DNA of 64,000 nt from Geosiphon pyriformis uo1 (taxonomy: Eukaryota > Fungi > Glomeromycota). The translations under genes were made by a program, and so were the position numbers. Positions 14,206-27,926 of this stretch are shown piece after piece. How positions within the stretch are numbered: the stretch's first letter is position 1; every line of letters begins with the position of its first letter. The stretch spans positions 248,001-312,000 of the forward strand of contig JAAOMT010000429.1 in assembly GCA_016748015.1 (NCBI GenBank), written 5' to 3'. A model generated the notes under the pieces. That model was not told the origin of the DNA, searched no databases, and saw only the letters and a program-made list of their open reading frames with translations.

Positions 14206-14665
14206 GACTAAATTTAAAAAGTAAAACAAGAAAATTTTTTAGTTCTTTTTAATATATAATTTTTTACTTTCGATTTATGTAATCCAATTTTATTTTTACA
14301 CATTTCTTTGAGTACATGTTTAAAAAAATTGTATTGGATGAATTTAGCAATGAAAATATAAATTTTTAGTTTCATCATTATCATCATCATGATTTACCTT
14401 ACAAATTGGCTAGTCTAATTGCTTAATAAGCTATATTTTTATTCGTGAAACAAAAAAAAGTTCTGCTGACCGCTCATAAAAGAGATACTGCAGTGATTTT
14501 TAATTCTTTTTGGAATGAAAAGTATTGTTGTTGTACCAGAAGTTAAAAAGAATGGGTATACTGAAAATCTTTACAACAACAAATTTGACAATAATATACT
14601 AAAAGAGGGTATCAGAGTCTAAAATTGGCTTGTAATATAAATTGTTAGTAAATCTTGAAGAAAAT

Positions 14666-14692
14666 ATAATAATAATGATAATAATAATAATG

Positions 14693-14749
<57 letters not shown>

Positions 14750-14751
14750 TT
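14666..14751. repeat. (AAT)n/(ATT)n head-to-head microsatellite; perfect palindrome over 14698-14751
   Basis: The AAT run switches to an ATT run at 14724/14725. Confidence 0.9.
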
Positions 14752-15134
14752 TACAGCTGAAAATGAAGTTAGAATTTGAATACAAGATTTTAATGAAATT
14801 TGAAATTTCCTAAATTTGGCAATTTGGCAATTTTTAACGTGGATTTCTTTAATAAAAAATATTAAGAACCAATAATGTTACAAATTTTTAAAACACCTGT
14901 TTTGTTAACATTAAAACGCAAAAAAATATATAATCACCTCATTATTTATTTAGATTCTTTACAAATTTTCAAAACCTCACCTAAAAATTTCTTTTTATAG
15001 TTGGTTATAATATTTTTAATTTCAAATTGAATTTAAATTAGACCCATTTCGGCTTGGTCTCGTGCAAAAATTATTTCAAAATGAAACAACATCCAATATT
15101 CATCTGAAACACAGCTAACTAATGTTGATGAAAT

Positions 15135-15186
15135 TTGGTGTATCTTTGGTTGACTAAAAATTTTTAGTCAGCCAAAGATACACCAA
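15135..15186. repeat. 52-bp spacerless palindrome with one mismatch
   Basis: TTGGTGTATCTTTGGTTGACTAAAAA|TTTTTAGTCAGCCAAAGATACACCAA; 25 of 26 positions pair. Confidence 0.95.
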
Positions 15187-15340
15187 TAGTAGATCAAGAA
15201 GGTATCACTTGAAATTGAATATTAAATTATGCAGGCATGGAGAAGCACGTTCAGGATAAATTTCACAATATTTGGTGTACTTTGAAATTTTTTCAATTAA
15301 AATTTTCTTTGTTCAAAATGATGCCATCTAAATAATAATG

Positions 15341-15384
<44 letters not shown>

Positions 15385-15932
15385 TGCTGTTGTTCTTGTT
15401 GTCGCTACTATGAGCAATCTCTTGATATCAACAAAAGCGGTCTATAGTTTGGAGGACAAATATTTCCCGCGAAAAAATTTATTGAAATTTTTTTGACTCA
15501 ATTTTTACCTGAAGCTTGGCGTATATTCATGCTCTTAACACTGCATTAAATTATCAAATTACCGCAAAAGTGGTAAAAACAAATCTAACTATAAAGCTCA
15601 TATTCCTTTTAAAGAAAGTCCCCTTTCCAAGTGGCGTTTTCACGCTTTTTTGTTTTGCATCGAAATGTGCAGCTCAGGGTAATTTTAAATTTTTCTCTTT
15701 AAAATCAAACTGCATCTAAATTCGCATATTCATGCATTACATATAACTTGCAGGATTTACCATATTTAGCGATTTCTTCTAATTTCCGGGCAAGTCCAAA
15801 AATTTTAAAGTTCATCTAATAATGTTCCAAGTTAAGCATCGTTTTTACTTAGTCATGGATTTTATAAAAATTGACTATATTGACAAAAGTACACTCTTTG
15901 ATATATTCAAATAAACATTACTCTCCTTTGTT

Positions 15933-15937
<5 letters not shown>

Positions 15938-15968
<31 letters not shown>
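15938..15968. repeat. (TA)n microsatellite
   Basis: Directly visible. Confidence 0.9.
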
Positions 15969-15972
<4 letters not shown>

Positions 15973-16841
15973 ATCAATTTAATCTTTAAATGGTGTATGC
16001 CTTTAAACTTTGATTTATTATTAATCGAAAATGATATCAAGAGTTTTTAATATTTTAAAACACCAATAACAATTTAAATACTAGTTAACACTCAGCTCTT
16101 ATTAAAACTATTAGAATTTCTAAAGTGTAACATCAAGATTTATTTATTTTTTTTAAAAAAAAAACTTTGCAAAGAAACTTTAATAAAACGTTTCAAAGCT
16201 TCAAAGGTTTTATTCAATTTTAATGATTGGATAATAAACAAATTAAATCGTTCTTCCCAATACATGTATCATACTAAAATTTTGTCCAGTACAACAGGAT
16301 TATAATATCTGTGTCACAACATAAATTTTAATTTAACTTTAAACCTAAAAATTTTATTCATTACATTTTTGCCCTATTCAAAGAATTCCCATCTTTTTAT
16401 TCTAAATTTATCTTAATTTGGGCTAAAAGAAAAAAGCTTGGAAACTTTTGAAATCCTATTCCGTTTCTCCAAGTCCTTTGAGCCCCTGCAGAATCTATTT
16501 TCATCATCCATGTAAGCTTTAATGATGAATTTTGTGTGGCTGTCAACGGCGTTAACCTATGATAGAAAATAGACGTATTCCTCTAGAATATTCCTTGTCA
16601 GGAATAAAATGTTCAAAAATTAAGCAACTATCCTTTCTTCCTCTTCTTCTTATCCCCTGTTAATCAAAACATTTTTTGTTTCTTTTTTCTACATTCTTTT
16701 ACTCATAGGTGACTTTTTTTAAGCCATCATTCATTCATTCATTCATTAATTTATAGTGGATCATTTATACATTCTCTTTACTCATATATTATCATCCATT
16801 TTTTATTACACAATCAAATATCTTTATAAGTTGAGCGTCAA

Positions 16842-18000
16842 ATGGGAAACCATCATTCTCTTTCCGTTATAAGAAAAAAGAAGAGCAGCGATTCTCTAGC
16901 CAAGGCAAAAATTGCCCAAGATCTTGCAAATAGATATTACATACCATCAGAAAATGAGCATATAGATATGCTACAAAATCAACATTTCTTATACGAGCAT
17001 TATTGGCAATGCAATTTTTCATCCCCGATAGAATCAATGCTTAATAGAGGAGGAGTTGTAATTGATGTAGGGTAAATGGCGTGATTTCTTTGATTTCCCT
17101 AAAACATCATGATTGATAAAAAATAATAATTTGGAAACGCTAAATTTTTCTATTCACTTCCTAGTTGCGGGCCAGGCACTTGGATTTTAGAAATGGCTAC
17201 TAACTATCCATTAACATCATTTACTGGTGTTGACATAGTGCCCATCTATCCTTCAGAAATAATGCCAAAAAACGCTCATTTTTTTCAAGCCAATATCTTG
17301 GAGGGATTACCAATCAAAGAAACATATGATTTCGCAAGGATTAGTTTATTAAATATTTGCATTCCTGCAAAGGATTGGCCTGGCGTTATTGATGAAATGA
17401 TACGGTAAAAAGATTGATTTTTTGTTCGTGTTTTTTTTATTATTATTATTAAATGTTTGAGGATGTGAAAGGTTTAACAAAAACAATTTTCGGAAAATAA
17501 AGTTTGCTCAAGCCTGGTGGTTGGATTGAAATTGTTGAATTAGATTTAGTTACTTCATTCGTAGGTCCACATTTTCAAAATCTCGCTATTGCTTGTAAGT
17601 CTTTTTTTTTTACATTCGTTCTGCAAGTTTTAAGAGTTTACTCGAAATTGATTTTCTCTCTTTTGTATTTCATTGATCAGTCAGGGAACTCTTATCAAAA
17701 AGAGGGGTCGATCCATACATTACACAAAAGCTCGATTCGATTCTAGCCGCCACAAACTCCCTTTCCAAAATACAGTTTGATCTTCGATGTATGATTCCCG
17801 GGAAAATGGGAGGTCAACCTGGAAAATTATATGTTGAAAATCTAGCCATTTATTTTAAATTGATTCTCGCACCACATCTACAACATTTTTTGAATTTGAC
17901 ACCAAATCAATACATCAGAATGTGGCAAGAATGTGAAGCAGAATTCGATAAACATGAATCCCATATCAACATTTATCGATACTGGGGCCGAAAAATATAA
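16842..18000 (+). CDS. Class I SAM-dependent methyltransferase (fungal TAM/LaeA-like group); join(16842..17071,17165..17404,17503..17594,17681..18000)
   Basis: Splicing gives motif I VIDVGCGPGTWILEMA, then FTGVDIVP, FFQANILEGLP and RLLKPGGWIEIVE. All introns are GT-AG and preserve the frame. Confidence 0.92.
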
Positions 18001-18070
18001 AAAATCATTAAGCAATTTTGCAAATTTCCCTTTTTTTTTTTGAAAAGCGGGAAAAGCAACAACAACAACA

Positions 18071-18201
18071 TGTTGCCAAAATTATTTATTTTGGTCAAAA
18101 AAATAAGGAAATTCTATAAAAAAAAATTGAAATATCCGAATATTTAAAATATAGATTTAAGATTTTAAAAAGTCCCAATTAAACGGGCACTTTTGGCAAC
18201 A
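18071..18201. mobile_element. Possible MITE relic with 11-bp terminal inverted repeats
   Basis: TGTTGCCAAAA (18071-18081) and TTTTGGCAACA (18191-18201). No clear TSD. Confidence 0.35.
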
Positions 18202-20247
18202 GCCTTCAAGAAATTTTCTAAAATTACGTCAGCAAAACTTTTCAAATTTACGTTTAGTAAATTTTTAGTGTTCTTTTTAATTTAAAAGGTATTTAAACAC
18301 AAAGTTAAAAGAATTTGACTTTTTTATTTTTAGTTATTTACAAAGATATTTTTGAACAGATTTTTTAGTTCAAATATGATTGTTTGAATAATTTTAAAAA
18401 ATTATTTTTTATTTTATCTAAATTTAAGAATTTTGAAAGCCGGTTAAAATTTCAACATCAAATATTTGACTTGGTCAAATTTTTAGAAATTTCTATTCCT
18501 CACAAAAACATTTAAACCGCAATAAAATTGGTTAAAAACCAATTATATGATTACTTTAATCAGATCTCTAGATATTTTACGTTGATCTTAAAACCCAGTT
18601 TTTTTATTTGATTAAAAATAAAAAAAGTATGATCAAATTTTATACTTCCTAAAACGCTCACTAAAGTTAATAGCACACATTCTTTTATTCTTTCAAAAGA
18701 CTTTAACTTGGATTCTGGAATCTTTTTTTTAAGATCTAATAAGATTTAATTTTGTGCTTATAGGCATTTATTTATTCATAAATTCTAAATACATTTTCGA
18801 TACTATATATTCCCTTTCAATTAATTTTTTGATATATTTTTTTTCAGCAAAAGAAAAACCATGAATAAAAAAATTTTTTTTTTTCTATAAAGTTTTCATT
18901 TTTCGTCTATGACTATGACTATGACTATGACTAACAATCGTTTTTTTAATTTCTTTTTTTTTTTTTAAAAAAAAAAAATTAGATATAATAACTCATTACT
19001 TACAGATCTGCGTATTAGTAAACCTTGAATGGTAATAATTAATTTTTTTTAACAAATTATCAAGCTCTATCCAAAAACCGATAAAGTAATTTATTGAACA
19101 AACATTTATTGTTTTTTGCAATTGACACAATTTAAGGGGTAATTAAAAATTAAAATTAAAATTAAGAAAAAAAAAAATAAGTTCAATGCATAAACACACG
19201 TATCATGTGTTTTTATTTTATAAATTTGTGACAATATATATATATATATAATTTAGCCAGATTTATAAATTGAAAGTTTACATGACACATACACAAACAA
19301 ATAGAAAACACTATTTCGAATCAGCTATTTTTTTTTTGATGACTTTCTAGTAAATAAATAAAAAGAAAAAAGAAAAAAAGAGTTCTTTATTAACCCCAAA
19401 AAGTATTTATAATCAATTGGAAATTTATCAAACTTAAAATTAAATATATTTTTTAGTTCACTAAACAAAAAAAATTGGAATCAAACAGATCGATAATAAT
19501 AATAATAATAATAATAACATATATATTTTAATTTTCAATTCTAATTTTTTATTTTAAAATATAAAAATCTCGCTTTTTAATTTCTTTATTTTAAATTATT
19601 TATTTATTTTAGTTTTTTTTTTCTTTATTTTACTCCAAATATAATTCACAAAAAATTCGAATAAAATTTCTTTTCAAAACATTTAATAAATATATTATAA
19701 TTTTGATATATTTTTTTTTGAAATCAATATTATGAAAATAAAAAAATAATAATAAAATAATTTAACATTATAAATATGACCAAAAAATTATTTTAGTTCA
19801 AAATGTTCAATTAATTTTAATTTTTATAAAAAAAAAATTAAATATGTTTAATAAAGAATATAAATAATTAATTCCTAATTTTTAACAATTCAAAGATTAA
19901 TTTAAAGAAACTTTTTTTATTTTTAAATATTTTATTATTCGTAAAATATGCTGTTAAAAAAACAAAATCTTTTGGTACATGACTTTAACTTTTTATAAAT
20001 ATGGAAAATTTTTGTTAAAGTATATATAAGAGAAACTAATTGTACATGATAAGTTAAATTTTAAAGTTATGAATCTTTAAAAAAAACCAGATTCTTACAT
20101 GCAATACGTGACTTTTTTAAAATTGTGCTCCAGCATCTTATCGAATTTGAATTATTTTACATCAACTTTGAATTTTAAAAGATACATACATATATATATA
20201 TATATATTTATAAATGGAGTATTCGTCTCCATTTCTACCGATTAATT

Positions 20248-21805
20248 TCAATTTTTGCTTATAACTTGAAAAACTTCATACTCGTCAGCGTGAAATAAAT
20301 CTTCAATTTCTACAATATTTTTGTCATATTGCCGTCGTTGGCACAGACAACTATCCGGTTCATTGAATGCATGACCGCTCAAACCCATCACAAAATCTGA
20401 ATAGCCGAATTTGGGACCACGATACGGATTTTCATGAATGGCACATTCAGCTTTTTGAACTCTACTGTGGGTTAAATTGGCCAAATTTACTCCATCCCCT
20501 AAGGAAAACAAGAAACTTTGTTTGGTACTGATCCATCCTTGATCAACGCAGCCCCAAGGAATTGGATTGTAGCCACCTATCAATTGACCTGTTCCATGAA
20601 TTTTTAAAATAACCACAGTAGAGCCTTGATCATTGCATCTTTCGCGAAAAGTTCTTGGGTTAAAACCATCCCGTGTCCCACGAACTAGTGTTATAAATTT
20701 ATATGGGGAATCGACTGGCGTATAATAATTTAATGGTTCTCGACGATCAATCCAGCTTGATATTAAACTGACATGAGCCACATTGATAATTGTCGATTGA
20801 AGTTCTCCACGAGATGGAAGCAGTGAACCATTTTTTGGTATAGAACCTGGCATAAGTTTGCAACGGAGAATATCTTCAAATATCTCAACTGGGATAATTT
20901 GTTGAAAAGGTCGAAGGTGCAAATAAAAATCCGCCGGTTTTATATGTTCAAATCGAATTAGGGGAATACAATCATGTAAGCTTGCCTTTAGCGTCAAAAA
21001 ATCATCTGCTGACCATTTAGAAAAATCATCTGGTAAACTTGAATTCTGTGCTATTCCCCATTTAATTACATGTTTCCAAATATCAATTTCTTCCAGCAAT
21101 AAATTATCACGTTCCAAAAGGGAAATCAAAAGCTTAAGATCGATTGAGCCAAAATCCTCAGAGCTGAACAAACAATTGGGGTCGTCACTTATTCGTTGTA
21201 AGCAAAATTCTTGAAGTTTCGTTAAGTTATGATGTTTGAATACGGTGTGATGTACAAGGACAAAGTTGTTCTTCAACCATTTGAATCTGTTATTCAGTAG
21301 ATGACATTCAACATGGGATAAAAGTTCTCCTAAAGCCATTTCATCGGCCGCTATTAATAATTCGAGAATTTCTTCTTCGTTCAGACAATCTAAAAGTAAG
21401 ATTCCAGTGTATATAAAACTGGTACAAACAAAATTGAGATGAGAAAGATGAAAAAATAGAAAAATTTTACAGAAATTTACAGTCCAGAAATTTGGCTTGA
21501 ACCATATGTCATACACTTGAGTAAGATTGTACATTGCCCTTTATTTACCTCAAGGCTACCTGAAAAATCTTTGGAGAAATATTTGATTTGATCAAAATCA
21601 ATTTATCACCTTCAAACCTTCCCCAATCTTTGGACAAAGCTGCCCGAAAATATTTGGATCTAGCCCTTAACACTACTGAATGTGCCCAAAAAATTTGAGT
21701 GTTTGGCTCTTCCCCTACTTTTATTTTGACGTTATGATCATCCGCGTCACTCAAAAGCCTGGAAAAATCATGGGATAATGAATGTAAAAAGCCTTCGACT
21801 GCCAT
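20248..21805 (-). CDS. BTB/POZ-BACK-TLDc domain protein; complement(join(20248..21418,21549..21805))
   Basis: BTB: FWAHSVVLRARSKYFRAALS...FQVALS|FIYTG. BACK: LLERDNLLLEEIDIWKHVIKWG. TLDc: LVRGTRDGF, LIGGYNP, SFLFSL, GPKFG, EYEVFQV. GTAAAT..CAG intron. Confidence 0.93.
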
Positions 21806-24800
21806 TCTACAAGAAAAAAGGATGTGAAATGTAAAGTATTAAAAAAAGACGGATGAGAAAAATGAGCAAAAGGGAATAATGGTTTTGTGCAATTATGAAA
21901 ATCATAATTATGATTTTTAAATATTTGAATTGAGTTCTTTGTTCAGCATGCTGCACATATTTCAAGCCATGCAGGTAAACAAACTTTAATCGATCATCTT
22001 TGTACCGCAACGTGGTAAGCAGAAGGTTCTCAAAATCCAGTTAGAATCATGTTTTTTAATGAAATTGAATAATCAAGTTAGCGTGAAAATATTTGCATAA
22101 CTAAATTTATTAGCATTAAAAATTGGCTTTACAGATGAGAAATGCTTTTTAAAAAAAAAGGTTCAAAATCATATTTAGGAATTGAGGTGATTTCTTTGGG
22201 AAATTAAATAATTGATATTAAAAACCTCAACTTGTTAATATTATATTATCTAAAAAAAAATTATTATTATTAGGTAAGAAGGTTAAAAATTATAAACAAT
22301 GACAGAAGTATTTCGAAAGTGAAAATAAAATGAAATTATTATGTTTGAGTAACATTTACCCATTTATTTTAAGGGGCTTAGTCATAAACTTTAAAGTCTG
22401 GTATCCTATTAAATTTACCCTTAACATTAATCATTAGCATCATCAGTCTTAATTTGGATTATTTTGGTCAACTTATTGCATCTAACGTGCATTAAAATCG
22501 GGTGAAATATTATAAAAGAATTGGTGTGAGTGAATGTGACAAATGTACGGTTGGGTTTTTTATAAGAAATGTTCCGAGAAGTTGACACTGAAATTAGAAA
22601 TCTTAATAAAACCATTGTATAATAATTTGCGATTATAAAGAGTGTTGTCTTAAAATTATTTTAGGGAATTCGTGCATCTTTAAATAATGATTAATGTATA
22701 GGATCAAAAAAATAATACCAAATATATATATTTAATAAATTTAAACAAATTTACTTAGTCATTTTGAAATAGAATAATTTCTTTATAATATTTTTTAAAG
22801 TTCTCTTTAAGAATATTTTTCTTTGAGTAAATATTTTTTAAATCAAATTTATAAAGAATAAAGGTCAAGTGAAAATCTTTAATTCAGATAAATTCTTTGA
22901 TAGAAACCTGGAATCTAGCATTAATTTGAGAAAAAAACTTGAATTTAAAGTAAATTGAATTTATTTTCTCGACCTAATAACTTGTTGCAAATCCTAAAAA
23001 TTATTATTTTACCCAATTAAAAATGATGCCATATTTTACAAAAATGATACTAAAAATAATACAAAACACTAAAATCGGATTCGATTATTCTTAAAATGTC
23101 AAGAGGGGTTTTTTCGTCGGTCAGTTAAAATTTTAGAAAATTCATAAAAATATAAAAACACAATTGGATAATATTTTTAGGAATAAAATTTTAAGTTGTT
23201 ATATTTTTTTAAGATTCAAAAGTTACAAAAAAATTTAATTTGGATCATCGAATCTCCATAATTTTATAATACACTGTGAATAAATGAGTTTTGTGGAAGA
23301 ATCTAGAAAATTTTTTTAAATTAATAATAATTATTTCAAGAAATTAGAAATTTTTATTGAAAAATCTTTAACTTGGTCATTAATTACTAAGAGTAAGCAA
23401 ATAATATTATTATTGTAATTTAATATCTTTGATCTTTAATAATCGAAGTTTCTTATTTTATATCTTGACCAAATTAATTTTTAGCTTTTTCAAACAATTC
23501 GCAATAATATTACAATATTTTAAAATAACAATTTAATTTACACTACGATAAAAATTGAGGAAATTCTATTTCATTTTCTAAAATTATTGTTAAAGTGTCA
23601 GTCAAATTAGTTATTATTTTAAATAACCTAAAAATTCCAAACATGAAAATTTTCAATTTGATCCTAATTACGTAACTTTAAATATTAATAGCAATGAAGA
23701 TAATTAATTGCCAATATCAAAGAATATTTCTGGTTATAGCATTTTAAATTTATTTTTTATATCTATATATCAGGCTGTTGAGAGACCGACTTCTGTATAA
23801 ATAGCTCTTCTATTATGTGTCTAGAAAACAAATTTAGTGAACTGAGAGGAATAGCTAAAAAAAAAAAGAGATTGTCAATAAGGAGGAATTACAAACTCTG
23901 TATAATATGTCATATTAACTTGAATTCCAAATACTGTCAAATATATCACTCTCTTTTTATTTTTTTGTGAATTTTCAATTTAAACAATATTTTAATAAAA
24001 CAAATATATATAAAAATAATAATAAATATGTAAATTTTTTTATAAAATAAGACACCAATAGTTTCAATTATTTTATCTTAACCATATTAAAAATAAATAA
24101 TGTAAAATATTTATAAACAATATCAATTATAATTTCATTATTTTTAATTTAATGTTTTTCCACATTCAATAAGTAAAATATCACATTTTTATTTTAAATA
24201 CATCTTAGAAAAATATTAAAAAATTAAAAATAGTCTAAATACAGTATTTACTTAAACTAAAAATTAATTCCAAGTCATGCTGTCAAATAAAACAATAATT
24301 TACTTTCTATCATTGTAAAATATCTGTTTCAAAAGTGCATAGAAATCAATTAATCAACTAAATTTGATTATTTAAATATTTAGTTTGTGTGATGGCCCAT
24401 TAATCATACACTTGTTTTAAATTTATAAATTTGATTAATCTTTACTAAGTTTAAACACTAAAATCTTCTTCAAGCTTCAATTTTTTGCAGGCGTTAGTTT
24501 ATTATCAAAAACCCTTGCATTTAAAATCAATATTTCAACACAATGGAAAGAAAGTTTTTATGATTATTTCTTTGATTCTGTTTTCCAAGACTGATTTAAA
24601 ATTTGTAAAAGTAAAAAACTTCTCATTGAAATTTGACCGACTACTCGGATCACTTTTTGCTAAAATTGACTTATAATTTCGGAAATCTATTAATCTTTAA
24701 CCTCTATAGTATATATATGTAAGTTTTATAATAAGACTGGTCAATATAATCATTTTATATATTTTACTATTCCAAAACGACTTAAAATCATTTTGCAAGT

Positions 24801-25154
24801 ACCATCTTCTATCCTTGAATGAATTTTCTACACAATTTATCCTTTTAATTTTCATTATAAACTTGTCAATACATTTAAACAGGAAAAATCTGACCAAGGA
24901 AGTTAAGCCTTAAATTGTAGTTGGACTCAAATTTTTTTTTCCAAGTATCGGGTTGCGCCGCCAAATGCCGTGTTTCATATTTGGTCTAGTTCACTTAACT
25001 TATATCACTCATTAACTAATGATCGGTAAACGACGCCGCTGTTTATATGTGTATCATAATGATCTAATCCACCCAACTTATTTAAGCTCCTACATTTCTC
25101 TTGCAACACCCTTAAGTGCTTTTCCACTAGTTGTAAAATTTTGATACTTCAAAA

Positions 25155-26735
25155 ATGACACAGCTAGATTTGCTGGGAGCAGTGATTTTTTTCCAGGATG
25201 CTTTTCATCATATTGAAAAATTGTCAGACTTGGACATTTTCTCGGTAAAAAAATTGCTGTTTTTATTTGTTACAAAGTTTTAAGCTGATAGTAGCTGTTA
25301 AACCTAATACTTCATGTAGGATTCTTTATGCTTCGTTAAGAAGCGACTCAATGAACAAAAGAACTCTTTATTGTCCGAAAATATTACAGATGGGAACCCT
25401 GATGACGAATCTCAAATGAGTTTGGCCTTAATTGACAGGGCTGTTGACCAACTTGCGAATTTTAAAGCGGAACATATTAAACACCTCGTACCAGTTTTAT
25501 CTGCTATTTTCGCGATAAGACCCCAAGTTCATCATACCGATAATGACGAGTATTTGCTTGTTTTCACCGCTGTGGAAGATTTTACAGTGGATTCTGAGTG
25601 GGCAAAATGTCTTGTTGATATTTTTAATAGCTTGATATCAAACCGTCGTGCTGTTGTCTCTTTGGAAGAGGTTTTTTATCCAAATTAAAGTTTTACTCTC
25701 TATTAGGGATAATATACTAATTTACTCAATGAACTTTTTGCAATTCATTGTAATTTTTAAAAGACAATTAATTATCTACCTTTGATGCGGCAACTTATCC
25801 TTTTGATACGTTTCTTTGTCAAGTTGAGAAAAATTTACGAGATTGATCCTATGCTATATCTTGACGAAGAATATAAGAAAAAATTTACCAGAAGCTTCGA
25901 ACTTCTCGAACAAACTCTTGCTGGTATTATCGATTCTTTGTTACAAGAAAATGGAATGAATTTTAATTTGTTTCGAGGTACGTTTTGGTTCAATGACTTA
26001 ATATTTCTGATTCATAGTTTGAAAGATTTAATTTAATTTATAATTATTATTAGAAAACCTTTCAAGTCTTTCACATGATATCACAGAACTGAGCTCTTTA
26101 TTGAACCAAATCTCCAAAATTCTTGAAGATGAATTTAATAAACAAAGAAATAGTCGTAGACAATGGAGTCTTGGAACAGTGGCTGGGATTGCGTGAGTTG
26201 ATTGTATTTAAAATTGATTTTTTATTTAACATTTTTGTTTAAATATATAATTTGCTCTTTCACTAAACTATCAGACTTTTTTCGGTATCATTTCCATATA
26301 CATTCAACTACTGGGGTGTCCTCACCTCTACTCAGGTAATTTCAGGAAAAAAAATAACACTTAATATGATTTAAATGTTTATAGCTTGTATTCATTCGAC
26401 AAAAATCGTTTTAATTTTTAAAAAAGAAATTAGCCGGTGCTGGTCTCAGCGCTTTAGGTGTTGGCACCGTGGTTGGTTCCGAATATAAGCGCCAAGACCT
26501 TCAAGCAATCATCGAAACTCATGCTTGTTTAGCAAATCATTTGAATCGGTTTAGCTCGGTCCTCAATGAGATGGAAGAGTATATAGGACATAATTTGATG
26601 GCTACTAATTCCAACCTTAAAATTAGAGAGATTGCTTTGATTGGTTCATTTAAAGTTTTCCAAAAAAATGTAAAGGAAACGCGACAATCTCTTAAGAGAG
26701 GCATTCTTCTTCCATACGCCCCTCTCAAAAAGTGA
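25155..26735 (+). CDS. Hypothetical 387-aa alpha-helical protein with a central Gly-rich hydrophobic hairpin; join(25155..25244,25320..25670,25764..25977,26054..26192,26275..26335,26427..26735)
   Basis: Six exons joined by five GT-AG introns give 1164 nt with no internal stop. No family recognised with certainty. Confidence 0.8.
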
Positions 26736-26984
26736 TGGATTGATGGGAATATTTAATCAGTAAATTTTGCTTTTGCTCTGTGAATACTTATTAATATCTC
26801 ATAAAAGAATATTTTGGTGCCTGACTCGAAGTGCTCGTTTAACAACTGCCTTCCCTAATGAAGGGTTGGAGAGTGTGAGAAAAAAAATAAACGGCAAATC
26901 GATCACCGTTCCACAGAATCGTATAATTAATATATATTGTTAGAAAGGCCAAAAAGCCATTGATATAAAATTTAATATTAAATT

Positions 26985-27926
26985 CTAACGCCTTTTACTA
27001 TCGATAATCAATTTGCAACGCCGCGACATTTAATTTACTAAACTGATCAGCATGGTTTTTAGCAAAGAATTTCATTCTTCAACCATTTTTTGCTCCAAAT
27101 CATCCACATTTTACGGCATTCGTTTTTATATTTCACGTTAACGATTGCCCACAGATTTCAATAGGATTTAGATCCGAACGACAATACGGCCAGTCAATAA
27201 CTTCAGGTAATAAACGCCCTAGTTACTCAACTTACATCCTTGGGATCGTTATTTTGTTGAAAGCCCCACTTCTTCCTAAGTATTCCATTAACTTTTCCAA
27301 AATGTTGTTGCAAAATTTCAATATAAAAACTTAGCATCCATGATACGCCGAAAACAAAACAGATTTTTCCCTTCATACAAAAACCGTCCACGCAAAAATT
27401 CTTGTACGATCTTTTGGTCTTGGACGAATTCACTGTTTTCCCATGTACCAATGTTGAAATGCTGTTTTATCAAAATATAAGGTTTTTCCAGATGAAATTT
27501 AGCCTATTCAACACGTTTCTGCTTTTGAACTTGCGTGAGCATTGGCGTAGTAATTAGTAGGTTATCTCATATATTCAAATGATTTTAAATGTCTGCCAAT
27601 TGTGCGAAATAGAATGTCCATTCCCTCTAAATCTAGTTAAATAGCAATTTTTTTAGAGAGACAAAGAATTTTTATAAACGTATTGACCTACTTTTCCCGA
27701 TATATGTTTGTAATTTTTTTACAATGACCATTACCATTACCGCCTTTGTGCCTGTTTTTTAACATTGTATCGTAGGTACCTCACTCCAGGAGAAGAACAT
27801 GATGTAAATTATGCCTATTAATTCCGCCAATCAAATGAACTTTTATTTTGATAAAAAATAAAAAACTTTTAACGATCAACAGACAAAAGTTACTACATAC
27901 ATGTATAAATTTTTTTGACACCACTG
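26985..27926 (-). mobile_element. Degenerate Tc1/mariner (IS630-Tc1) transposon
   Basis: Frameshifted motifs: TPMLTQVQKQKRVE*AK, RPKDRTRIFAW, IMDAKF-YIEILQQH, WGFQQNNDPK, DWPYCRSDLNPIE, MSRRCKLIIDSK. The 5' end begins CAGTGGTGTCAAAA at 27926, as Tc1-type TIRs do. The other TIR is not found. Confidence 0.85.

Noticed and set aside
13159-14229. ORFs of 356 aa and 341 aa spanning the N run
   Set aside because: Artefacts of the assembly gap and the flanking homopolymers.
20212-20234. 8-bp stem hairpin just 3' of the BTB-TLDc stop
   Set aside because: Short enough to arise by chance; no supporting evidence.
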